Assembly (NCBI GenBank): GCA_028718185.1
Contig: JAQUMH010000004.1
Location: 10,334 to 74,333, forward strand
Direction: 5' to 3'
Length of the DNA: 64,000 bases
DNA from: Elusimicrobiota bacterium
Lineage (GTDB): Bacteria; Elusimicrobiota; UBA8919
Part shown: positions 10,120 through 17,990 of the stretch, one piece after another
Numbering within the stretch: position 1 is the first letter of the stretch
Layout of the letters: every line of letters begins with the position of its first letter
Notes under the pieces: model-generated
What the model saw: only the letters and a program-made list of their open reading frames with translations
Told to the model about the DNA's origin: nothing
Databases searched by the model: none
Position numbers and translations under genes: made by a program

Positions 10120-10200
10120 TTGTAAAGTTATAGAGTTATAGAGTTTTAGAGTTTGTAGAGTTAAAACCCTACAACCCTATAACTCTATAACGCTTTTTCT
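10120..10200. repeat. Long inverted repeat built from GAGTTATAG / CTATAAC units (agttatagagttatagagtt...aaccctataactctataac). It would form an intercistronic stem-loop between the PorV-like gene and the start of giant gene A.
   Basis: Direct reading. The right arm is the reverse complement of the left arm. The same family is seen at 950-985, 17880-17990, 29150-29225 and 36140-36185. Confidence 0.55.
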
Positions 10201-10201
10201 T

Positions 10202-11152
10202 TTACTCTTTCCCTCCAAACCTTATCCCTAACGATATCCTGTGCGTGTCGCCTAAATCTTTTGTCGGAACAAATGCATAATCTATATTAAATGTTGAACT
10301 TTCACCGGCTATCTTAAAACCGCCGCCTAATGTGTATGTCTCTTCGTCATAGCCTATCTTATAGCCTGCCCGGATTCCTATCATCTCGGCTATTACTAAC
10401 TCTAAACCTATATTCTCTCTTGTTGTTGCACTGTCTAATCCATAATTGACATCGGCTGCTACCGTTAAGTTGTTCTCGCCTTCAAATGCCGATAGCTTCT
10501 TGCCTAATCCGGCTTTTATATTGCCGGGTAAATTGTCACTGCCTACTTTACCGCCTATGTTCTGGACTGCTAACCCTAATTGTAATCCGCCTTTTACTGG
10601 AACATACTCTACTCCTAAGTCTATTCCAAAACCTGTTGTGTTGTCACTATCTATCTTCTGGCTCGCCATTTTCAAACTGCCACCTACATTTATTGTCTCA
10701 TCTACCTGTTTGCCGTAACTTATTGCACCACCTATGTCTTTTGCACCGAAAGTGCCTACGCTGCCTACTGTATCATATGCGCCGGCTGCATCTTCTAATG
10801 TTTTGTCTATATTGCCATAATTAAGGTACATTATCTGTAAGCCTATTGTGGAACTCTCATTTATTGGATGCCCGATTGCTAAATACTCGTAACTTATTCC
10901 TTCAAAATATGATAAATGCATAAAGGATAACTCGGTTGCACTTACTGAACCTAATCCCGCGGGATTCCAATATACGCTATTGACATCTTCAGCAACTGCT
11001 ACTTGTGCGCCGCCCATTCCTTCCTGCTTGGCGCCTACTCCTACCTTTAAAAACTGCATAGCTGAGCTGCCAACGCCGGCTTGTACATTGCTTGTACATA
11101 TAATAGGTACAACCAGGACTGCCAACATTACTGCACTTAACATCTTACGCAT
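10202..11152 (-). CDS. PorV/PorQ-family (FadL-like) outer-membrane beta-barrel protein, paralog 1.
   Basis: Signal peptide (MRKMLSAVMLAVLVVPIICTSNVQA), then the motif MQFLKVGVGAKQEGMGGAQVAVAEDVNSVYWNPAGLG typical of the PorV/PorQ / UPF0164 family. It has alternating beta-strand character and ends in a C-terminal aromatic residue (...IRFGGKE). The true start is likely ATG at 11152 after GGAGGT. It lies immediately upstream of CTD cargo gene A. Confidence 0.55.
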   Translation of the reverse strand: MRKMLSAVMLAVLVVPIICTSNVQAGVGSSAMQFLKVGVGAKQEGMGGAQVAVAEDVNSVYWNPAGLGSVSATELSFMHLSYFEGISYEYLAIGHPINESSTIGLQIMYLNYGNIDKTLEDAAGAYDTVGSVGTFGAKDIGGAISYGKQVDETINVGGSLKMASQKIDSDNTTGFGIDLGVEYVPVKGGLQLGLAVQNIGGKVGSDNLPGNIKAGLGKKLSAFEGENNLTVAADVNYGLDSATTRENIGLELVIAEMIGIRAGYKIGYDEETYTLGGGFKIAGESSTFNIDYAFVPTKDLGDTHRISLGIRFGGKE

Positions 11153-11344
11153 TTTAACCTCCATTTTCTGAAATTTATTGAAACTTATTGTAATTTGTTG
11201 TAATTCTTTGTCGTTTAATTTCTTCTAATTTCTATCTATTTCTATTAATTTCTATAACTATTACCAAAAAATAAAAGAAGCTTACTAAAAATTACATACC
11301 TATCTAAATGCGCTATGCACTTTTGGTATATAATTTCTAATACT

Positions 11345-11600
11345 CTTCTTTTGTTTTCGATAACCTAGCTGGCTTGATAGTTAGATCTTTGTAATTTCTA
11401 TTAATTTCTACTTTATTTCCATTTATTACAAGATCTATTTTAATTATTTGTCGCTTATCGGCAACCTGTTGGCTTTCACTATCTTAGCCCTTGGTTTTGC
11501 GAACTCATCCCGATTTCTCGGGAGCAGCCTTTTCGGATTAGCACTCGCAGGTCGGAGCCACTGCACCGACCGAGAATGCAACCCCGCATTAAGCGGGGTA
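11345..11600. repeat. Conserved intergenic structured element, copy 2.
   Basis: It has the same core as 421-741, with hairpin variant cccga/tcggg and terminal hairpin ccccgc attaa gcgggg. ORF 11448-11648 inside it is spurious. Confidence 0.6.
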
Positions 11601-11656
11601 ATCAACATAACTTACTTTCAGTTTCCTCCTTTTCTGTTTTTGGTATAAAATTGCTA

Positions 11657-11684
11657 TTGACAAATTTAAATCTATTTATATAAT
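11657..11684 (+). promoter_or_regulatory. Sigma70-like promoter for AraC paralog 1 (TTGACA-N16-TATAAT).
   Basis: ttgaca at 11657-11662 and tataat at 11679-11684, about 105 nt upstream of ATG 11791. An identical architecture sits upstream of the second AraC at 57505-57532. Confidence 0.45.
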
Positions 11685-11790
11685 GTTTATGTTTCTTACT
11701 GCTCCTTCTAATAAGAGTATAGCGTACAGGGTAAAATAAGTCAATGGCTGAGATTGTTAAATTGTTGTCTGTAATTGTGGTGACTATCGT

Positions 11791-12582
11791 ATGAAACTAG
11801 ATTATAACTGGAAAGTTAAAAAAAACAGTAAATTACTTGTTGTCGATACTCTTGACCCATTTCCTGATTGGGAAGTTAAAAAACATTACCATTCATTTGA
11901 TGAATTAGTAGTTGTTACTAGAGGTTCAGTGCGTGTTGAAATATCTGGAAAAATTATCCAGGCAAATATCGGTGATATTTTATATTATCCTTCAGGATTA
12001 CAACACAAAGAATTGAATGATGCTAATGATCAGGCTGGAATTATTGTTATTCACTGGAAAAAAAAGGGAAAAGTAGAACTTCCTACTTTAATTCACGATT
12101 CAAATAAGAGAGTTTACTCTTTAGCTAACTGGGCATGTGAACAAACTAATTCGAGATATATTCGCAGACATCTACTGCAAGAAAAAATTTTAGATGTTAT
12201 AATAGCTGAATTGACAAAAATAACTACATACAAAGAAAAACATCCTCTTATTGATAAAATAAGAGTTTTTATGAAAAATAATTTAAAGGAACCTTTAACA
12301 TTGGGAAAGCTGGCAAATTACGCCGATATGAGTAAATATCACTTTCTAAAAACATATAAAAAACTGATTGGTCTAACACCAATGGAAGATTTAAGAATTA
12401 TTCGTCTTGAAACTGCTAAAAATTTAATTATTACTACAGATTTGCCGTTAAAATCTATTTTTGCTGAAGTAGGTTTTGCTAACAAATACCACTTTTCAAG
12501 ATTATTCAAAAAATACTTTAATACACCTCCAGGTCACTTCCGCAAAAAAACAACATTTAATAAAAATACTATTTTCATATAA
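11791..12582 (+). CDS. AraC-family transcriptional regulator (N-terminal cupin-like sensor domain plus C-terminal AraC-type HTH).
   Basis: The C-terminus reads LANYADMSKYHFLKTYKKLIGLTPMEDLRIIRLETAKNLI...FANKYHFSRLFKKYFNTPPGHFRKK. It is divergent from the minus-strand PorV-like/cargo cassette. Confidence 0.8.
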   Translation: MKLDYNWKVKKNSKLLVVDTLDPFPDWEVKKHYHSFDELVVVTRGSVRVEISGKIIQANIGDILYYPSGLQHKELNDANDQAGIIVIHWKKKGKVELPTLIHDSNKRVYSLANWACEQTNSRYIRRHLLQEKILDVIIAELTKITTYKEKHPLIDKIRVFMKNNLKEPLTLGKLANYADMSKYHFLKTYKKLIGLTPMEDLRIIRLETAKNLIITTDLPLKSIFAEVGFANKYHFSRLFKKYFNTPPGHFRKKTTFNKNTIFI

Positions 12583-12634
12583 ATATGGATAAATATAAAT
12601 TCTTGAAGCCGAAACTGATTTTACTCGCTAACCT

Positions 12635-15600
12635 TTATTTAATTAATCCTATCTTCCCCGCCTTTTTTTTACCCGCAGTGTCTTCTATTTGATAAATATA
12701 TACTCCTTTACTTACTTTGTCACCATCATCATTCTTACCATCCCACTCGAGCCAGCCAAGGTTACCAAAATCTATCTCTTTGAGTTCACGAACCAACTCA
12801 CCTGTTATGCTATATAATTTCATGACACTATTCATCGGCAGGTTAGTTACTTTTAACTTACCACTTACCGCAGTAGCAGGATTATACGGATTAGGATATA
12901 TTTTAATATTACTCAAATCTATCGTTGAAACTAATTCCAACAACGCAAACTTACTCAAGTGATTACTCCCGGCTACCAGCTTGTTCGTTCCACTCTTTGT
13001 AGTAGGTAATCCTACCCAACTTTTATCATTATCATCATATCTGCCTATTACTAAATTGTCCTTATTATACCCTGATATTGCACTGTCATCATAAGTTATT
13101 GTTATTATTATCCCTTTTACAGGCTGCAGGTTCTTGTCATTTATTATATCTACTCCATATCCAACTACTTTTATCGTTTTGTTATTACTTGCAGGCACTT
13201 CCGTAGAGGTCAATGTTAAAGTTGTTATTAATGAAAAGGCACCCAAAGGCACAGTTACGCTTATCTCGCTGTCTACACTGCTGTTATCTCCCATTGGCGT
13301 TACTGCTATTCCACTGCTTACCTGCACCATCGGATTAACTAACCTTGTCACACTAAACGGTCTGCCTACATAATCCTGATTAACTAGGTTACTGTCAAAC
13401 ATTGTATACTCCATCTTGTTAGGCCAGAACCGCCAACCTGTCTTACTCGGCTCTATTGTGTAAATACCGCTTGTTAAGCCGACAAACTCATAATTATAGT
13501 CCGCTGATAGTTCGTTTGATGTTGTATAATCTGCATCTCTTAACCCGCTTAAACTCATGCTAACTCCGCTTATCCTGTTGTTAGGACTTTTATACTCACT
13601 CACTTTACCCCTGATATCGTAAGTCATCGCTGACACATCAGGTGAATCTTTTGTTGTTGTAGGGACAGATACTCCACCGTTTATGTCCTGGGCATCAAAA
13701 TAATAACTGTAATCACTACCTAATCCGCTTAACTTTGTTGTGTATTTGTATATCCTGCCTACTGTATACGAACTAGTGTCATCAGTAGTAGTCATAACAA
13801 ACGGGTTACCGCTTATCTCAACCCCACCCTTTAATATATGGACCCGCGGATACCCGCTCTTTGGTGCATTGCCATCTACATCTTTGTATAACACTCTATA
13901 CTCGTAATTGGTATTCACATTACCGGTCTCGGGATTTACTCCATCTGCACTATAGCCTGTATCACCTGACCATTCTAATACAGGCGGATTATTGGATGTT
14001 GTTGTTCCGCCGGGACTGTTGGAGATTACTGACCAGTTCGGCACTTCATCTGCCACTTTAATCCCAAAATAGTAATTTGTATCAGGAATTAATCCTTCTA
14101 CTACATAACTCTGGTGTGTCTTACTCAAATCCGGAACAGGCAAGTTAAGACATTGTGTCGCTGTTGCCCAGTTGCTTTCTGTTAAATCACTTACACTGCT
14201 ATAGCGGATATCATATTGTTTTGCTGTCCCTTTTGTACCGTCATCACCTACTGCTGTCCAGCTTAAAGATATTGTTCCGGCAGTTGGATTACTCACTACT
14301 AAATCATTTACTACAGCCGGTTTGGTTACATCAGGTTCTACTACTATGCTTATGTAATTGAAATTACCGCAATCAGCGGCACTGCCGGACTCCATTACTA
14401 ACTTCATTACCTGGGTGCCGGTCGTTAGTACTATTGATTGGGCTAATAATACATCACTCCAGCTGGTCCAGCTGACTGTAGGAATTCTGACAGATTCGGT
14501 TTTACAGTATGCTGCTTCGTTATGTTTCCCAAATTCAAGATGTAAAAGACCGCCGGTGCCGCTGCCGCCACGTGCGCCTCGTAATTTTATTTTGTATTCG
14601 TCACTTTTTGTCACATTTATAGTGTATTCCAGCCACTCACCGGGTTTTGTCCAGCCTACATAATACCCGCCGCCGGTATCTGTGCAATTGCCTACATCTA
14701 CATACTCGGTTGTTCTGTATGCTCCTCCTTGATTATCCAGTGTAGTATCATAGTATGCTTCATTCTGACCTGAACCGGCGGACATCACATCAAAATTCTC
14801 TGATTCTATTTTTGTGGGTGTGATAGTGCTGGTTGTTATCAGCCAGGGGATGCCTGCAGAATACGCCTGCTGGGTTCCACCCCAGATATATCTTACTTTC
14901 TCACCTGCTGTTGCACCCGGTGTGGTGTCATTAGGCCACATTGAAGCGGATGTAGTGAGCCTGCCATGTATGAATATTCGTATAGAATGACCAACAGATT
15001 TAGCCCATTTAACTTGGTCAAAAAATGCCTGGTTCCAGCATGTAGGATTATCCCAATTCGGATACTGAACCTCACAAGCGTCACATAGAGATGACCAATT
15101 TAAATATGTGCAGGAAAAAACCTCAAGATTTGGGAGCCTTGACTGCCATGCTGTAACATTATACTGATAGTCCGATAGAGATTGTGCACTATTCTGAATT
15201 TCAAATGCATTGAATAATTTATTTGCATTAATGTAAACAGTATCAATTCCTATTAAAGAAACGTTAGATGCAGAGTTGGATGCTGAATTGAACGACCATA
15301 CAAAGACGTCGGGTTGGTCAGTAGGTTTATACTTAGCAATTACATTTTTGCATTTAGTGAAAAAACTATTGGTGAACGCACGCCATGCTGCACCACCATC
15401 ATTCGGTACTGGTGAGCCATGAAAATGTGGTTCTTCCATTTCTATACCAGCAAGAGTGGGATAGTGTTGCAATACCCATTCTAAGTCCGAAAGAAACTGG
15501 TTCTGTGCAGAAGTACTATTTTTAAAAGCTTCATAATCGTCACCGGTATATTTGCCTATAACCATAAAAAAATAAGTTTTTACACCTTTTGAATACGCAT

Positions 15601-15859
15601 AAGTGACACCATCGCCAATATAATCATGATTCCCGTTTTTAACACCTGCTATATAAGCTGGTAGTGGGCCGGACGGAGAAAAAGAATCTGCACCGTAGTA
15701 TATTGCCTTATCAATGTCAGCTTTATAATTAGTCAAATCAGCCCAATTGTTTAATACGCCCCTTTTGAAAGCTAACACTGCTGATAATGATTGTGCTGTT
15801 ATAACGCTTATTAATGTCAAACCTGCAAATAAGAAAAATAATTTTATGGATTTATTCAT
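12635..15859 (-). CDS. Secreted multidomain surface protein, 1074 aa. It has a signal peptide, an N-terminal domain of about 330 aa of unknown function (possible hydrolase), CBM6, FN3 domains, beta-sandwich domains and a T9SS type-A CTD (KIGLIK end).
   Basis: N-terminus MNKSIKLFFLFAGLTLISVITAQSLSA. CBM6 motifs are present (IESENFD...GEWLEYTINV...LHLEF...MKLVMES). FN3 reads TKPAVVNDLVV...YDIRYSS...YYFGIKV. The CTD matches genes A and B almost exactly. Confidence 0.7.
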   Translation of the reverse strand: MNKSIKLFFLFAGLTLISVITAQSLSAVLAFKRGVLNNWADLTNYKADIDKAIYYGADSFSPSGPLPAYIAGVKNGNHDYIGDGVTYAYSKGVKTYFFMVIGKYTGDDYEAFKNSTSAQNQFLSDLEWVLQHYPTLAGIEMEEPHFHGSPVPNDGGAAWRAFTNSFFTKCKNVIAKYKPTDQPDVFVWSFNSASNSASNVSLIGIDTVYINANKLFNAFEIQNSAQSLSDYQYNVTAWQSRLPNLEVFSCTYLNWSSLCDACEVQYPNWDNPTCWNQAFFDQVKWAKSVGHSIRIFIHGRLTTSASMWPNDTTPGATAGEKVRYIWGGTQQAYSAGIPWLITTSTITPTKIESENFDVMSAGSGQNEAYYDTTLDNQGGAYRTTEYVDVGNCTDTGGGYYVGWTKPGEWLEYTINVTKSDEYKIKLRGARGGSGTGGLLHLEFGKHNEAAYCKTESVRIPTVSWTSWSDVLLAQSIVLTTGTQVMKLVMESGSAADCGNFNYISIVVEPDVTKPAVVNDLVVSNPTAGTISLSWTAVGDDGTKGTAKQYDIRYSSVSDLTESNWATATQCLNLPVPDLSKTHQSYVVEGLIPDTNYYFGIKVADEVPNWSVISNSPGGTTTSNNPPVLEWSGDTGYSADGVNPETGNVNTNYEYRVLYKDVDGNAPKSGYPRVHILKGGVEISGNPFVMTTTDDTSSYTVGRIYKYTTKLSGLGSDYSYYFDAQDINGGVSVPTTTKDSPDVSAMTYDIRGKVSEYKSPNNRISGVSMSLSGLRDADYTTSNELSADYNYEFVGLTSGIYTIEPSKTGWRFWPNKMEYTMFDSNLVNQDYVGRPFSVTRLVNPMVQVSSGIAVTPMGDNSSVDSEISVTVPLGAFSLITTLTLTSTEVPASNNKTIKVVGYGVDIINDKNLQPVKGIIITITYDDSAISGYNKDNLVIGRYDDNDKSWVGLPTTKSGTNKLVAGSNHLSKFALLELVSTIDLSNIKIYPNPYNPATAVSGKLKVTNLPMNSVMKLYSITGELVRELKEIDFGNLGWLEWDGKNDDGDKVSKGVYIYQIEDTAGKKKAGKIGLIK

Positions 15860-15901
15860 AAATATCTCTGATTAAAATATTTGCAATGTGTAATTGTTTG
15901 T

Positions 15902-16060
15902 CCCGATTTTTATTTATAATGGAATTTGTTATCGGGATTGTGTTCTCGTTCGGTGCAGTAGCTCCGAACTCCGAGCACTAACCCGATTCTTATTTATAAC
16001 TAAATTTGTTATTGGGATTGTTTTATTGAGTCTCCGGTAGGGGACTCAATAAAACAAAAA
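15902..16060. repeat. REP/BIME-like cluster. It holds two tandem units (an AT-loop hairpin cccgat...atcggg plus a GC hairpin cggtgcagtagctccgaac) followed by a perfect hairpin ttgttttattgagtctcc-ggta-ggggactcaataaaacaa.
   Basis: Inverted copies of the same units lie at 16380-16480 and inside element copy 1 (600-700). The GC hairpin shows covariation between copies (ggtcgg/ccgacc vs gttcgg/ccgaac; gc..gc vs cc..gg). The perfect hairpin recurs at 45774-45815 and 56660-56700. Confidence 0.55.
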
Positions 16061-16221
16061 AAGAAGCTTATTAAAAATTAGTGTATTTGTTCCCGCCATT
16101 ACGTCGTTGGCGGGCAAGGATTAGTTTGTTAGTGCTTAGGCTTTCAACCTATCCCACTAACGCACTTGCCCGCCAAAGATTCAGTGGAGGGCTATCCTAC
16201 TATAACACTATTTTCTAACAA

Positions 16222-16605
16222 CTTCTTTTGTTTTCGGTAACCTTGCTGGCTTGATAGTTTTTAGTCTTGATAACATAGATTAATGGCACGATTATCAAGA
16301 CCTTTTGCTTATCGGCAACCTGTGTTGGCATTAACTATCTTAGCCCTTGGTTTTGCGAACTCATCCCGTTTTCACGAGAGTAGCCTTTTCGGATTAGTGC
16401 TCGGAGTTCGGAGCTACTGCACCGAACGAGAACACAATCCCGATCACATATTCAGTTATAAATAAGAATCGGGTTAGTGCGCGGAATCCGGAGCAACTGC
16501 ACCGGATGAGTTAATGCTCGGAGTTCGGAGCTACTGCACCGAACAAGAACATAACCCCGATGTTAATCGTGGGCACATGACCCCGCAGTAAGCGGGGTAA
16601 ACAAT
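16222..16605. repeat. Conserved intergenic structured element, copy 3. It is expanded, with extra inverted REP-like GC hairpin units.
   Basis: It has the same 5' core as the other copies, but the small hairpin is degenerate (cccgttttcacgag). It contains three GC-hairpin units and the terminal ccccgc agtaa gcgggg hairpin. ORF 16283-16465 inside it is spurious. Confidence 0.55.
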
Positions 16606-16782
16606 ATGAAATACTTTTTCCCCCTAACTATTTATATAACACAAAACTACTTTTTTGTCAAGGTCTTTTTATAAATTAATTGCTATTCCTATTATGAAAA
16701 ATATGCCAATAGCTAAAGTTGCCTTTTTTTTAATTAAAATTGCTATTATATACCATTAAAATATTGCTATACTATCAGATAG

Positions 16783-17856
16783 TTATTGGCAATATACCTC
16801 AAACTCAAACAATGAATATCCGTAATTCGTTCCTCTTGCGGTTCCATTCATCCTGACATACCTACCACTGCCTTTTAACGGTATTTCTTCTATACCACCA
16901 ATACCGTCTGTCTTTGTATATATTGTTGTCCATTTATTGTCATCATTTGATACTTGTATATCGTAGTCCTTACCATATGCTGCTTCCCAGTTCAGAACTA
17001 CTTTTTTGATATCGTAAACAGCACCAAGGTCTATTCGTATCCATTGTGGATCACTAGATGCTGATGCCCAGCGTGTTGCCGCATCACCGTCTACTGCTCC
17101 TTCTATCGGTGTCGCCCCACTTTCAATAGACGATGCTGTTACAGGTTTTCCTTTTGCAATATTACCGGCAACACTTGCTTGCTTTTTAACAGCAACTGTT
17201 TTAACCGGTTTTTCTTCCGCTCCGGCATCACTTTGTGCACCTTCGTATTTTAAAGTAATATAATCAAAATTACCGACTGCTTCTGCACCGTTAGTGTCCA
17301 TAGCCAACTTCATTACGTGTTTTCCTTCACTTAAACTTACTCCTGTCTTTGTCAGTGTTTGCCAAGTCTGCCAGCTGCCTGTATCAGGTACTGTTATAGG
17401 TCCTGTCTTGTCCACATCATCAAACTCTATGTGAAAAGTACCGCCTTTACCACCTGCTGCCGCTTGTATTTCTATCGTATATGTCCCTGCTGTCTTTATA
17501 TCTACCGTATATTTTAACCACTCACCTGCCGTAACCCAGCCAACATCATAACCTCCGGCAGTACCATTGGTTTCTATATCTACTCCTTCATCAAGACGAT
17601 ATTGTTCCCCATAATTCCTTGCTTCTTTGTCGTGATATCCTACACCTTCTCCGCCCTTGTCAAAATCTTCTGCTTCAATCTTTATATCTGCTACTGACCC
17701 TTTCTTTTTAGCAGCAGTTTTACTTGTTTTATCGTCACTTTGCTTAGCAGCAGTTGTCTTTTTACTGATAACTTTCTTCTTCGCCTCAACTTGCCCCACG
17801 CAAGTCAAACAAATCCCAAACACTATCCCTAAAACTATCCAGTTCCTCATCTTCAA
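16783..17856 (-). CDS. Secreted lectin-like protein with CBM6 plus an F5/8 type C (discoidin) domain.
   Basis: Signal peptide MKMRNWIVLGIVFGICLTCVGQVEA. CBM6 reads IEAEDFD...GEWLKYTVDI...FHIEF...MKLAMD. The discoidin region reads ATRWAS...WIRIDLGAVYDIKKVVLNWEAAYGKDYDIQVS...GRYVRMNG...YSLFEFEVY. A strong SD (AAGGAGGT) is present. Confidence 0.7.
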   Translation of the reverse strand: MKMRNWIVLGIVFGICLTCVGQVEAKKKVISKKTTAAKQSDDKTSKTAAKKKGSVADIKIEAEDFDKGGEGVGYHDKEARNYGEQYRLDEGVDIETNGTAGGYDVGWVTAGEWLKYTVDIKTAGTYTIEIQAAAGGKGGTFHIEFDDVDKTGPITVPDTGSWQTWQTLTKTGVSLSEGKHVMKLAMDTNGAEAVGNFDYITLKYEGAQSDAGAEEKPVKTVAVKKQASVAGNIAKGKPVTASSIESGATPIEGAVDGDAATRWASASSDPQWIRIDLGAVYDIKKVVLNWEAAYGKDYDIQVSNDDNKWTTIYTKTDGIGGIEEIPLKGSGRYVRMNGTARGTNYGYSLFEFEVYCQ

Positions 17857-17879
17857 CTACCTCCTTTTAAAAATTATGT

Positions 17880-17990
17880 AACGCGTAATGTGTGTTATAG
17901 CGTTTTAGAGTTATAGGGTTTTAGGGTTTGACTTTAAAATTAGTTGAACCCCATAAACTCTATAACACTACGAACCCTATAACTCTTTTC
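17880..17990. repeat. CTATAAC/GTTATAG-family inverted repeat between the start of the lectin gene and the stop of the next gene.
   Basis: gttatagcgttttagagttatagggttttagggtt ... aaccccataaactctataacactacgaaccctataactc. Confidence 0.5.

Noticed and set aside
16109-16174. tRNA-like impression: a 7 bp acceptor-type helix ggcgggc...gcccgcc enclosing about 52 nt.
   Set aside because: It is too short (66 nt) for a tRNA. No D-arm or T-arm pairings could be found, and no GTTC-type T-loop is present. It is interpreted instead as one of two competing helices (see finding).
15902-16605. A CRISPR array was considered because of the many short palindromic repeats.
   Set aside because: The repeats are of several different families, are irregularly spaced, and occur in alternating orientation without unique spacers of uniform length. 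No cas genes are present. They are REP/BIME-like.
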